From an uncultured Muribaculaceae bacterium (lineage in GTDB: Bacteria; Bacteroidota; Bacteroidia; Bacteroidales; UBA932): a stretch of DNA of 64,000 nt. Both the position numbers and the translations under genes were made by a program. Position 1 is the stretch's first letter; every line of letters begins with the position of its first letter. Positions 1 to 9,389 of this stretch are shown piece by piece. The notes under the pieces were generated by a model, which was not told where the DNA came from, did no database searches, and worked only from the letters and a program-made list of their open reading frames with translations. The stretch spans positions 60,573-124,572 of the forward strand of contig CAZMNZ010000001.1 in assembly GCA_964567765.1 (NCBI GenBank). The letters are read 5' to 3'.

Positions 1-84
1 GGTTGGTTAAGTTCCGGAATCAGCAACGGATTCCGGCAGAATGTCTTAATCATAAAAGGTTATAAATTAGAAATTAACTTATCT

Positions 85-1323
85 CTATTTCTGTATCGGT
101 TTGACTTCCTGGAATCTATCCCACAGCACAGAAGAGATTAACTCGTCGACTTGCTTTTGGCTGATGCCGTCGCGACCAACTTCAGGAATATATCTGTCCG
201 GATTTCCTATGACGGATCGACCATAATGATAACCAGGTCTTATTACGATGTTTCCGTCCTGATGATGTAATGATAACAGTTCGTCTGCATATCTCAGCAC
301 GAACCGCACACCTGCCTTGTGCAAGGCTACAGCAATACAAATCAGGTTTTCTATCCATCCCTCGTAATGAGCTGCGAGTTCAAGGTAATGCGATCCGCCA
401 TCAGACTGGGCAAACAAGTGTATCCGGGCATAACATACATCATAGCAATGATAAGGCGAGTTAGCTTCTCCCCATTTCTGGAAGTCCGCTTCCGAGTCCC
501 AGTCATATCCCCGAATCTGACGCAGATCGCCTTTACTAGAGTGTTTGAAAACTTCTTCAAGTGAAGAGTCCTTAAGGTGGCGATGCTCCGGTAAAGAGGT
601 ATATGCTATTTTCCAGATCCTCATATACTCCCGCAAGGTCAGCTTCATGTATGCAGATTCCGGATTCCTTGCTGAAAGTTCCTTGATGATCTTGTACGAC
701 TCATCATCCAGTACCAGCAGTGTCTCCTTTGTGATTCTGCACCAGTCCTTGACCGGAATCTTTCCAGTTCGCATCCTATATGGATAATTGTCCTCCAGAT
801 ATCTGATATATCCTTCGGGATCCTTCCGGATAGACTCTACTATAGCAATCAGGTACGCTTCCAACTTAGTCAAGAAAGAGAATAAATCATACCTGTATGA
901 GTCCACTTGCTCACGAGGTGTATATCCATCCTTTGTATTACCAATCACGACATCCCCGCGATATCGTCTGGATATGAATAGGAAAACGAGTTCTCGATAA
1001 CGCCTGACACCGACCTGGTACCATTCTTTGGAATCGGGATAATGTGACTTCCACTCTTTTTCCCGCTCTTTTATACTGCCGTTATAACGTTTTCTATACT
1101 CATCATATGAACACCAGTCTTCGATGTTGCCTTTGATGGCCTCGATATACACGTAGCGCAATTCATCGAAGCCCATAGGTTCGAATACACTGAGAAGTTT
1201 TTCTATTCTGATTATTACCTCAAGGCTCTTATCATCCACAATGGCTATCTCAAGATTGCTGCTTGTCGGCAAATGACTGAACTCAGAGATCAAAAGCGGG
1301 TTCTTACAAAATGTCTTTTTCAT
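85..1323 (-). CDS. Hypothetical protein, paralog of 5624..7147
   Basis: 412 aa ORF; shares LSVFEPxGxD..R, G.I.DW..Y and W...YP....W motifs plus a C-terminal ALxKAG with 5624..7147. Confidence 0.8.
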   Translation of the reverse strand: MKKTFCKNPLLISEFSHLPTSSNLEIAIVDDKSLEVIIRIEKLLSVFEPMGFDELRYVYIEAIKGNIEDWCSYDEYRKRYNGSIKEREKEWKSHYPDSKEWYQVGVRRYRELVFLFISRRYRGDVVIGNTKDGYTPREQVDSYRYDLFSFLTKLEAYLIAIVESIRKDPEGYIRYLEDNYPYRMRTGKIPVKDWCRITKETLLVLDDESYKIIKELSARNPESAYMKLTLREYMRIWKIAYTSLPEHRHLKDSSLEEVFKHSSKGDLRQIRGYDWDSEADFQKWGEANSPYHCYDVCYARIHLFAQSDGGSHYLELAAHYEGWIENLICIAVALHKAGVRFVLRYADELLSLHHQDGNIVIRPGYHYGRSVIGNPDRYIPEVGRDGISQKQVDELISSVLWDRFQEVKPIQK

Positions 1324-1347
1324 ATATGATTTACATTGTTAATAGGG

Positions 1348-2004
1348 TTACAGCAGTGGGTATGGACCATCTTCACACTTGAGAATATCTATCGCAACAC
1401 GTCCCTTATCAGAATCGAAGATTTTGTCGCAGTAGACAAAATGGCCGCAAAGAGGGTAAGCGAGGTCTCTGTCATCAATTGCAACGAATGATGTGATTTC
1501 CTGATGCCTTGATAGATACTCACGTATGTCAGATGCCCTGTGATCCAAATACCTGCAGTCAGCCGGCTTGACAGATTGGAAGTAATTATGGGCCTGCGTC
1601 TGTTTCTCTGATGGCTTTTCATAAGATGTCCCGTCAATCATGTCATAGAAAAAAACATCCAGGCCATGTACTGCTAGAAAAGCCTTGAATACCTTTACAC
1701 CATGATCACGCCAATCAGAAGATACGACAATCTTCGCATTACATTCCTCCAGAACTTGTCTGAGACAGTCGATAGCACTTTGCGACCAGTCGTAATATAC
1801 AGCCGCGAGATTACACTTTCTTGTGTATAGGCGTCCGATACCATCAGGAAAAGTCTCCTGAGTAACATAGTCGTAGTACGGGAAACCTCCTACTGCTTTA
1901 TCCAGCTCTGATGCGACGTTACATATGTCATCCAGATGCTTGAAGCGTTTCTGACTCCACGTTGGCTGTATAACGCCGTCTATATCCAAAAATATAACCT
2001 TCAT
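1348..2004 (-). CDS. HAD-superfamily phosphatase (Swiss-Army-knife RNA-repair-type HAD)
   Basis: MKVIFLDIDGV (DxD motif I), IVVSSDWR, FVAIDD; start taken at ATG 2004. Confidence 0.8.
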   Translation of the reverse strand: MKVIFLDIDGVIQPTWSQKRFKHLDDICNVASELDKAVGGFPYYDYVTQETFPDGIGRLYTRKCNLAAVYYDWSQSAIDCLRQVLEECNAKIVVSSDWRDHGVKVFKAFLAVHGLDVFFYDMIDGTSYEKPSEKQTQAHNYFQSVKPADCRYLDHRASDIREYLSRHQEITSFVAIDDRDLAYPLCGHFVYCDKIFDSDKGRVAIDILKCEDGPYPLL

Positions 2005-2011
2005 AATCTTG

Positions 2012-2965
2012 TTACTTGATTTCGTCTGCTCCACAATCAAGGCAGTACCAGTGGTCGGCACACATTCCGGCCTTGATATAAATATCTCTTGAACCACATT
2101 TTCGACAGAACGGCCTGTCGAATAAATCTAGGTCAAGATGTCTGCTTTCGTGTCCTTTTTCTGCAGGGGGATTGAAAGGATTCTCCTTATTTGTAAGTCT
2201 CCTGCCGTTCTTATCGTAGATTTTACCTCCATTTGAGATAAGAAATATTTTTCCGCAATCCAGAAAAAATTCTGAGCTGGTGATTCCCGGTTGCATATAC
2301 GCTGTCCGAGTGTGCCCAACAACCTGAATTATATCAGCAAGCAGGTATTCTGTCATGAAAGATTCGGCATCCGCCCAGATCGGACTACCAACAGCATCTT
2401 TCCCCGAACGGTGTTTATCCCGTTTGGCTAGAGCTCTTGCAAAATCTGTCTGCTCAGGATCAGGGACGGCAAGGGCCTCTGCATTCATTTCGTTTATGCG
2501 TCTCACCATATTCTCCAGTGTCCAACCCTCCACATGCGAATCAAGCCATCTCATATGCATGCCCGCATGACTGAAGGCATATTGTTTCCCCGCTATGCGG
2601 CATTCAGCTGCCAACTGGAAGCAATCCTTGTTATCTCGGAACAAAGACCGGATCCTCTCATAGTTTGCCTTGTCGCATCTGTCATTGCAGACGGATAATC
2701 CATACATATATTCGCAGTCGTGGTTGCCCAACAGCAGGGTCACCATATCTGGGTATGCTTTCTTCAGAGCTATAATCTCTTCGAAGTTCTGTATCACGCT
2801 CTCCTGTGTCATCTTGGAAACAACGGCGTATTCATAGTACGGATCCAGATAGTCTCCGAGAAAGATTATCGGGACTTTGCCTGCATATGGTTCGGTATCC
2901 TTCCAGAAGCTGCGTCCGTGAACATCCGGAACAACTATAATCTTTGGTTTCATAATTCTAGTCAA
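2012..2965 (-). CDS. Calcineurin-like metallophosphoesterase with C-terminal Zn ribbon
   Basis: DVHG, GDYLD, GNHD, SHAG, GHT; C-terminal CRKC...CLDC. Confidence 0.88.
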   Translation of the reverse strand: MTRIMKPKIIVVPDVHGRSFWKDTEPYAGKVPIIFLGDYLDPYYEYAVVSKMTQESVIQNFEEIIALKKAYPDMVTLLLGNHDCEYMYGLSVCNDRCDKANYERIRSLFRDNKDCFQLAAECRIAGKQYAFSHAGMHMRWLDSHVEGWTLENMVRRINEMNAEALAVPDPEQTDFARALAKRDKHRSGKDAVGSPIWADAESFMTEYLLADIIQVVGHTRTAYMQPGITSSEFFLDCGKIFLISNGGKIYDKNGRRLTNKENPFNPPAEKGHESRHLDLDLFDRPFCRKCGSRDIYIKAGMCADHWYCLDCGADEIK

Positions 2966-3737
2966 TTTCTGTATTTGTTGATCTTACAACTGCAAATTCC
3001 ATTATATCCAGCATCTTGAAATCGGTATCCTCATACTTCCAGGTCCACTTCTGGTGGAAATGACCGTAGAACCACTTGTTCACGGGATGCCCGTCCTCCT
3101 TCAATGTCTGGTATATCCTGTCCATGGTAATACGTTCCATATCGCAGTCCACCAGAAGTTGTGGGTCATATGCAGCCCAACCTCTCAGGCCATTCTTGTC
3201 AAGAAGAGGGCAGAATGACGGAGCCGTATGAGTCACCACGGTATCAATCAGGCAATAGTCGCCGATATCCTTGATCTTCTCTTCATCAAAGACCGGCATC
3301 TCGTCAGCCCAGTAAGAAGCAGTTTCCTTTCGGATATATCTGGCGTCCTCACGCTGGCGTGCCAGTCTGTCTATACTTATGCCTCCTCCAACACAAAGGA
3401 TGTCAAGTCCGCAGGCCTGGATTACAGAATAGTCCGGGACGCAACGGAAACGTTCATAACAGATCCTCTCCTCCTGAAAGTATGACGGGTCATCGTGATT
3501 TCCTCTGATAAACACTATCCAGTTATTCGCTTTCTTGAGCCTGCCGGCCAGACCATTATACAGATTGATATAGTGGTTAGGTCGCTCAAATCCAAACCCG
3601 CAGTCCCCTGCAACGACAACCAAAGTATCTGTCATTCCATACTGGACACAGACTCTGTATACCAGAGTCTCAAACGCCCCATGTATGTCACCGCAGACAA
3701 CTACCTGCTTTGCTTCGTTATATTCAAATACTTTCAT
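2958..3737 (-). CDS. Calcineurin-like metallophosphoesterase
   Basis: GDIHG, GDCG, GNHD, THT, GHFH. Confidence 0.9.
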   Translation of the reverse strand: MKVFEYNEAKQVVVCGDIHGAFETLVYRVCVQYGMTDTLVVVAGDCGFGFERPNHYINLYNGLAGRLKKANNWIVFIRGNHDDPSYFQEERICYERFRCVPDYSVIQACGLDILCVGGGISIDRLARQREDARYIRKETASYWADEMPVFDEEKIKDIGDYCLIDTVVTHTAPSFCPLLDKNGLRGWAAYDPQLLVDCDMERITMDRIYQTLKEDGHPVNKWFYGHFHQKWTWKYEDTDFKMLDIMEFAVVRSTNTEID

Positions 3738-4021
3738 TTCCTCCTTGCTCTCTTAATCATTTCTTGAAATTCTTCATCGTTTACAATACGCCGAAAGAAA
3801 GAATGACTTGACAAATACTCCCATGCAACCTTTCCATCTTTAGCGAAACACCATATATTGGAAACATCTCTCATCCGGAATGGCAAAAAAGAAAACTTAT
3901 TGTTCTTTAATGCTTGCTTTGCCCGTTTCCTGAATACTCTGTGAGCCATCCTTTTGTCATTCTTTTCTGAAGCACAAGTCGTGCGCGACGTCACTGCATA
4001 TTTCTTATATGACCTACTCAT
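3734..4021 (-). CDS. Small basic hypothetical protein (MSRSYKK...)
   Basis: K/R-rich ORF overlapping both neighbours; start taken at ATG 4021. Confidence 0.65.
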   Translation of the reverse strand: MSRSYKKYAVTSRTTCASEKNDKRMAHRVFRKRAKQALKNNKFSFLPFRMRDVSNIWCFAKDGKVAWEYLSSHSFFRRIVNDEEFQEMIKRARRK

Positions 4022-4331
4022 CTTGATCCTCACCTTTATATCCCGGAAGGCTTTCCGGATCATATTCCTTTCGATACTCCATTATATGCCATGCGATCGT
4101 TTCCGGATATATTTTCCAATAATGGCGGCATACTCTCCTGTACAACAACAGCATTCGTTTATCTCCGGCAAAACCGAACATATAATCCAGAAGCCATTCA
4201 ACCTCTTTCAACGGTGCAACCCGGCTACAAATGTCGTCCACCAAAGGTGTATATACGGCTACTGCTTGATCATGTAGACCTTTAATCTGTTGCGCCAGAG
4301 CATGAATTTCTTTCTTAAACTGTTCCTCCAT
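4014..4331 (-). CDS. Hypothetical protein
   Basis: 105 aa ORF tightly packed in the operon. Confidence 0.7.
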   Translation of the reverse strand: MEEQFKKEIHALAQQIKGLHDQAVAVYTPLVDDICSRVAPLKEVEWLLDYMFGFAGDKRMLLLYRRVCRHYWKIYPETIAWHIMEYRKEYDPESLPGYKGEDQDE

Positions 4332-4335
4332 CGCT

Positions 4336-5331
4336 TTACTGTTTTCTGTTTATAAGATTCACGACCACCTTGACAAGGATGTCCATCTCGTCCATCCGGC
4401 TCTCTGCAATCAACAGGGTCAATGCGACAAGGGTTCCATCGGCGATTCGCTTCGTGCCATCAGGACGATAGAGGATGCCGTTGTTCTGCAGAAACCACAG
4501 GAACAGGGTCGCTGCTATTCTCTTGTTTCCGTCGACAAAGGAGTGGTTCTTAACAACGAGATATAGGAGCATAGCCGCCTTTTCCTCCACGCTTGGATAG
4601 AGTTCCTGGCCATCCCATGTCTGATATATCTGACCGATGCTGCTATGGAAGGACTTGTCCTTCTCCACTCCGAACAACCTGCTCTCCTTGAACTTTTTCT
4701 TCAGGCTCAGTATGGCCTCCATTGCACCCTCATATGTCGCACGGAACTTCTCCTGAAGGGTGGTATCAGATATTTCAAGGCTCTGATAATCGTATGCATC
4801 CAGAGTATCCAAAGCATAGGTGTAATCCTTGACTACCGCGAACAGTTCTTTAGCCTGCTGCTCTGCCATAATGAGGTTCTGACCGAACACATTCTCCAAT
4901 AGGCCAAGTGCACGTTTCAGATCCTCATACTTCTGTTCTGAAACAACATTATGGTTAACGGTGTAACCTTTGAGCATATACTGTTTGAGAACAGAGGTTG
5001 CCCATTGTCTGAAGGCTGTGGCCTGCCTGGAATTAATACGGTAACCGACAGAGATGATAGCATCTACATTATAGAACTCCACCATCTCACGAACAGCTCC
5101 TCTGAAGCCTCTCTGCACGACTGTTTCCATTTTGGAAATAGTCATAGATTCGGATAATTCACCCTCCGAATAGATATTCTTCAAATGCTTACTGATGGCG
5201 GGAACATTTACTCCAAACAACTGAGCCATTGCCTTCTGCGTGGTCCATATAGTCTCATTAGAAGCATCAACTATGGCCTCCATTTTGACAAGTCCATCAC
5301 TTGACTGATAAATCACAACATCGTTATTCAT
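4336..5331 (-). CDS. RhuM-like N-terminal domain fused to Fic/Doc domain
   Basis: TIWTTQKAMAQLF, YNVDAIISVGYRINS (RhuM-like); HSFVDGNKR (Fic/Doc). Confidence 0.9.
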   Translation of the reverse strand: MNNDVVIYQSSDGLVKMEAIVDASNETIWTTQKAMAQLFGVNVPAISKHLKNIYSEGELSESMTISKMETVVQRGFRGAVREMVEFYNVDAIISVGYRINSRQATAFRQWATSVLKQYMLKGYTVNHNVVSEQKYEDLKRALGLLENVFGQNLIMAEQQAKELFAVVKDYTYALDTLDAYDYQSLEISDTTLQEKFRATYEGAMEAILSLKKKFKESRLFGVEKDKSFHSSIGQIYQTWDGQELYPSVEEKAAMLLYLVVKNHSFVDGNKRIAATLFLWFLQNNGILYRPDGTKRIADGTLVALTLLIAESRMDEMDILVKVVVNLINRKQ

Positions 5332-5347
5332 ATCGCAATCATTTTAT

Positions 5348-5640
5348 CTATTCACATTTATTCAACATATCCACACAATAAGTAGCAAAAGCATCTTGAA
5401 TTTCAATAGCTTTCTCAGCAGAAAGGTGAAAGCCTCCTGAGCCTATGAGCATACCCCATCCTCTGATGCGAAATAGTCTTATTTCTCCCTCATCTCCGCC
5501 ATTTAATTTGGCGAGAATTTGCTTCCTGATAGATATAAATCCTCCATAATCAGGGATAAGCCAGTCAAATGCCGGAGCTTAATAGGCATAACACTTGACT
5601 TCAATGGAAATCTGTAATATTCTTTAAATGTCTCCATCAT
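5348..5640 (-). pseudogene. Frameshifted small phage/ICE-type gene
   Basis: MMETFKEYYRFPLK...PIK in one frame continues as AFDWL...IRGWGMLIGSGG...IQDAF...LNKCE* in another; break near 5578. Confidence 0.5.
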
Positions 5641-7147
5641 TCTTCCTCCTTTCTATCAGTTCCAACAATCCGGCAGTCACTGCTTCTGACCAGGTCCCAT
5701 ACACCTGCTGTATCTTCGATCCGTTTGCAGAAGGCGCGTATCCGTTCTTTGCAAATTCTGAATAACGATAGGTACCGACATAACTATCATAATCCTTCCA
5801 TATCTTCATGCGGATATCATAGAGGGACATCGGTTCACCTACCTCCTCACGCATCAAGTCATATAGTGGCGACTCGAGTGGTATCTTATGCAGGATCTTA
5901 AGCTTTCGCTCCGGTAACCACTCCGAATAATCGATTATTTCTTGCAACTGCTCACGAGTAACGCCATATTCTTCATAATCACATTGATATTCCCATGGAA
6001 GTGAATACACACTGGTCTCAGCCTGCCAGTTCAGGTAATTATGGAAAGTACAGCTGGTCAGACGCACAAAGTCAGTCTCCTCTACTGCCGCCAACAGCCT
6101 ATCTGCGTCATCGATATGCAAAGGTGCTCCAGCCTTATACAGAGCAAGGGCAACATTCAGTCCAGCCCAGATGTGCGATGAATAGCTTATAGACACTCTG
6201 ATTACCCACTTGCCAGGCACAGTATATTTATCAGCCAACACATCAGTTCGAGAGAAGCCAAGTTCTCCATAATGGTCATGACTGAACTTCTGGAGGTCCT
6301 CTACAGAGTCTAGATCCAGCTTGTCTGAGATCTGCTTGAAATGTCGCTTTCTATAGAACTCGACATCATCCACCGGGTCGGTAGCCTTTTCTTCTTCGTC
6401 CGAATCACGATATGCTTCATATGCCACCCTGTAATACTTGCAGAAAGTCCTGATGGTCATTTTATCTAAAGGCTCTCCGCTGTAGGTCTTGCAATCCTGA
6501 AGCATCCTGACAATCTTTTCTTTGTCCTCCAGCTCAGGACGTCGCCAAGGAAGAATCCTATATAGATCTTTCCTCCGAATCCTTCCCTCTCTGATCTGCT
6601 TTGGCAGATTCTCCTCCACATAGATGTTGTACGCATCTACATCTTTGAGAATCTTTTTAACAAGAAGCCGAACTCCACTTAGAAGCGACTCGAAATACTC
6701 GAAGAATACCGGATCAAGGTAATGTCCGTGCTTATCACCCCTATAGTGCGCGTAGCCTCTTTCCCCATCTGACAGGTGCAGAAACACATTGTTCTCATAT
6801 ACTGCAGTAGTGAGCCTGACCCACTGAGTCTCGCAAGGATAACACTCCTTCCAAGTCTTCTCATACTCCTTCCAGGTAGTAACATCTTCATATTCCTTAG
6901 CATCTTCATAAGTCATCCAGTCAGTAATCTTTCCTCTAGGGATCTCCAACCATATTGACCTATTGTCATCATCACCGCATGGCTCAAAGACACTTAACTC
7001 CTTATGTAACTCCCAGGCGATTTCTTCTGCTCTATCTGCCAGTCTATACTCATCACGACTACCGCTACGCAGTAGCTGATACATATCTGGTTGTACTAAT
7101 CTCTTCATAATCATATATGTTATTTTTCTGCCTGAACCTGTTCTCAA
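5624..7147 (-). CDS. Hypothetical protein, paralog of 85..1323
   Basis: ~500 aa ORF with shared N-terminal motifs; true start probably near 7108-7114. Confidence 0.8.
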   Translation of the reverse strand: MRTGSGRKITYMIMKRLVQPDMYQLLRSGSRDEYRLADRAEEIAWELHKELSVFEPCGDDDNRSIWLEIPRGKITDWMTYEDAKEYEDVTTWKEYEKTWKECYPCETQWVRLTTAVYENNVFLHLSDGERGYAHYRGDKHGHYLDPVFFEYFESLLSGVRLLVKKILKDVDAYNIYVEENLPKQIREGRIRRKDLYRILPWRRPELEDKEKIVRMLQDCKTYSGEPLDKMTIRTFCKYYRVAYEAYRDSDEEEKATDPVDDVEFYRKRHFKQISDKLDLDSVEDLQKFSHDHYGELGFSRTDVLADKYTVPGKWVIRVSISYSSHIWAGLNVALALYKAGAPLHIDDADRLLAAVEETDFVRLTSCTFHNYLNWQAETSVYSLPWEYQCDYEEYGVTREQLQEIIDYSEWLPERKLKILHKIPLESPLYDLMREEVGEPMSLYDIRMKIWKDYDSYVGTYRYSEFAKNGYAPSANGSKIQQVYGTWSEAVTAGLLELIERRKNDGDI

Positions 7148-7242
7148 AATGGAACAAGCTCCCCTTATAAAACATCGTCCCCAAAGGCAAATCTATGAAA
7201 CAAAAACCAAATATAAAACATTGATTTTCAACGACTTTTTGC

Positions 7243-7319
7243 TTATATATAAATATATAATATACTATAAGATTACTATATATATTTATATATAAAACTT
7301 ATACTAAATCTTAGTATAA
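7243..7319. repeat. AT-rich tandem inverted repeats (17 bp and 9 bp arms)
   Basis: TTATATATAAATATATA 7243-7259 / exact complement 7279-7295; TTATACTAA-atc-TTAGTATAA 7299-7319. Confidence 0.75.
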
Positions 7320-7385
7320 CGTCTATATAGCCGTCGGTTTTCGGTCCAAATTTACCTCTTCAATGTGCCAACATAGGACACATCA

Positions 7386-8018
7386 TCATCTTACTTCCGA
7401 GCGATAGTTCTTTTTTGCGTACTGGTGGAAAGGGACGCCTCCTGTCTTCTCCATAGCTGCCTCATAAATGAGTTCCAATGGAACGAATCCTCCGGCTCGC
7501 TTTGCAAGTTCGCCGTCTATGCCTACGTCGAAACGAAGATCGTTGGAGAGACGGTTATGCTCGTCAAGCTTGCCGTGGCAATGGCCATGCAGCATGATAG
7601 AGCCGTACGGCTTATGATTCCATGTGACCATCGGATAATGGCAGAGGGTAAGCATCAGATTCTCTGGCAGGAAAGGGCAGGCGGTAGGCTTGACGGTCAG
7701 ATCGAGAATCTGAGCCACAGTCTTGAAATAGTTGGAGTATGCCCTTATGGAACCGTCGTGATTGCCCTGTATGAGAAATTTCTGTCCCGGAAGTTTTTCC
7801 AGCAGATGACGGGCATCTTCGCTCTTGAAGAATGTGAGGTCGCCTAGAATATACACCAGGTCACGCTTTCCGACACTGGACTTCCACAAGTCCAGCATGT
7901 ACTCATCATGTGCCTTGGTATCTCCCTCCTGAGCGAAAGGACGGTTGGGTTGGTGCTTTAGTATGTTAGTGTGACCAAAGTGAAGGTCTGCGGTAAAAAG
8001 TATCTTGTTCATGATCAT
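7386..8018 (-). CDS. Metallophosphoesterase (phage-type calcineurin-like)
   Basis: ADLHFGH, GDL, GNHD, CHYP, HGHCH, DVGID. Confidence 0.9.
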   Translation of the reverse strand: MIMNKILFTADLHFGHTNILKHQPNRPFAQEGDTKAHDEYMLDLWKSSVGKRDLVYILGDLTFFKSEDARHLLEKLPGQKFLIQGNHDGSIRAYSNYFKTVAQILDLTVKPTACPFLPENLMLTLCHYPMVTWNHKPYGSIMLHGHCHGKLDEHNRLSNDLRFDVGIDGELAKRAGGFVPLELIYEAAMEKTGGVPFHQYAKKNYRSEVR

Positions 8019-8146
8019 CGTCGATTACGAAGCCGCTTTCGCTTGAAGGCTCCTGGGTTAATAGTAAATGTTTCACGGATGCAGATTCCCTGCGTCATCG
8101 GGGCTATCACCGATAGCCATTCAGATGTTCTGATAATTGATTTCAT
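8015..8146 (-). CDS. 43 aa small ORF with basic C-terminus
   Basis: MKSIIRTSEW...KRKRLRNRR*; stop overlaps the next start (ATGA); A-rich leader. Confidence 0.5.
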   Translation of the reverse strand: MKSIIRTSEWLSVIAPMTQGICIRETFTINPGAFKRKRLRNRR

Positions 8147-8198
8147 TTCTTGATTTGAATTTTAATAGGGTTAATATTTCGTGGATAATAACGGACAC

Positions 8199-8232
8199 AA
8201 AAAAAGAGGCGCCGCTTTGTTGCGACACCTCC
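8199..8232 (-). terminator. Intrinsic terminator/attenuator hairpin
   Basis: Minus strand GAGGTGTCGC-loop-GCGGCGCCTC followed by T7. Confidence 0.8.
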
Positions 8233-8258
8233 GTGTATAGTCTTGACAGATCTATCTA

Positions 8259-8357
8259 TCAGTTACCACTACAATGAGCATATCGCACTCTACCACACAG
8301 CATCCATTCTGTGCAGACTTTCGGGTCAAGTGTAATTATGTTCATTGAATATCTCAT
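8259..8357 (-). CDS. Putative 32 aa leader peptide
   Basis: MRYSMNIITLDPKVCTEWMLCGRVRYAHCSGN*, between a promoter and a terminator. Confidence 0.55.
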   Translation of the reverse strand: MRYSMNIITLDPKVCTEWMLCGRVRYAHCSGN

Positions 8358-8378
8358 GGTTTTCTTGGTTTACGGCTG

Positions 8379-8409
8379 CAAATGTAGAGAGTTTTTCCTT
8401 ATTTCAAAC
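8379..8409 (-). promoter_or_regulatory. Bacteroidetes sigma-A promoter
   Basis: Minus strand TTTG-N18-TACATTTG. Confidence 0.65.
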
Positions 8410-8502
8410 ACTTCCAGACAACTTTTTTCTAGAGCAAAATCCCTTATATCTAAAGATATAAGAAATGGGTAGACAGAAAGGCTCTCGGTGAGTAATTATG
8501 AC

Positions 8503-8683
8503 ATCGGTTCCCCTTGCATTTGTTTCGCAAAGCTATGTTGCGGTGAGTCTATAGCCAAGAACCGCATTCTGCATAATCCGTCAGAATCTCCACACACGCT
8601 GTGGTAGTATTCCGGCGGATTTTCTTGTCTCTTATCCTCAGCCGCCCCTGTTGGGTGCTTCACAAATGAAGTTGAACCCGATA
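8503..8683. repeat. Long-hairpin element, copy A (candidate ssDNA promoter)
   Basis: Diverged copy of 12747-12923 and 18208-18395; core AATCTCCAC..CGCTGTGGTAGTATT; ends CACAAATGAAGTTGAACCCGAT. Confidence 0.85.
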
Positions 8684-8742
8684 GGGATAGTCCTATGAAT
8701 GGAATTCATCAGGAAATATCACAATCATAAATAGTAATTATC

Positions 8743-9351
8743 ATGTTTTTTACAGAAATCAACAGGATGATGACCGAAGGCGTAGACATCACGCTGGTCA
8801 TACGAAGAAGTGGCGGACAGATGATAGTGTCTGCCTTGCCGAAAGCTAACGGTCTCAAGGACGAAGCTCAGAACCGTATCATCCCGCTTACTATGACGGG
8901 AACGCCGGAGGAAATGGATGATGGCTTCCTGGCTGCTGTGTCGAAGCCTCTGACAAAGGCAAGCGGACTGCTGACCAATATCGCGGACTTTGAGCGTCAG
9001 GCGGATGCTGCCGCGCAGAACAGCAAGGCCGTCAAGGAGGCTAAGGCAGCCGAAGCAAAGGCGAAGAAGGAAAGGAAGGAGAGTTATGACAGGCAGATAA
9101 AGAAGGCAGAAGAACTTGTCGCATCCAAGAATTACAAGGAGGCGATGGCAGTGCTTCAGCAGGCTCAGAAGGTTGCCTCCGAAGCAGAACAGAAAGCTCT
9201 TGGAGAAAAGATGGACAAGATCATGGAAGATATGAACCAGGGCAGTCTGTTCGGTGATGAGGATACTGCCCCTGCTCCCGCACAGGAAGCTGACCTCTGT
9301 CAAACCCCAGAGGAGATATGCGAAGATGATGACGACCTTCCTCTTGACTAA
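8743..9351 (+). CDS. PRTRC system protein E
   Basis: MFFxxI, PLTMTGTPEEMDDGF, Ala/Lys-rich helix, QGSLF; first gene of an E-C-F-B-ThiF cluster. Confidence 0.85.
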   Translation: MFFTEINRMMTEGVDITLVIRRSGGQMIVSALPKANGLKDEAQNRIIPLTMTGTPEEMDDGFLAAVSKPLTKASGLLTNIADFERQADAAAQNSKAVKEAKAAEAKAKKERKESYDRQIKKAEELVASKNYKEAMAVLQQAQKVASEAEQKALGEKMDKIMEDMNQGSLFGDEDTAPAPAQEADLCQTPEEICEDDDDLPLD

Positions 9352-9389
9352 TAGTACACTTATACAGAATATATTTAAACAAACATACT

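Noticed and set aside
8015..8146. MKSIIRTSEW as a MetK remnant
   Set aside because: Resemblance covers only a few residues and lacks GHPDK
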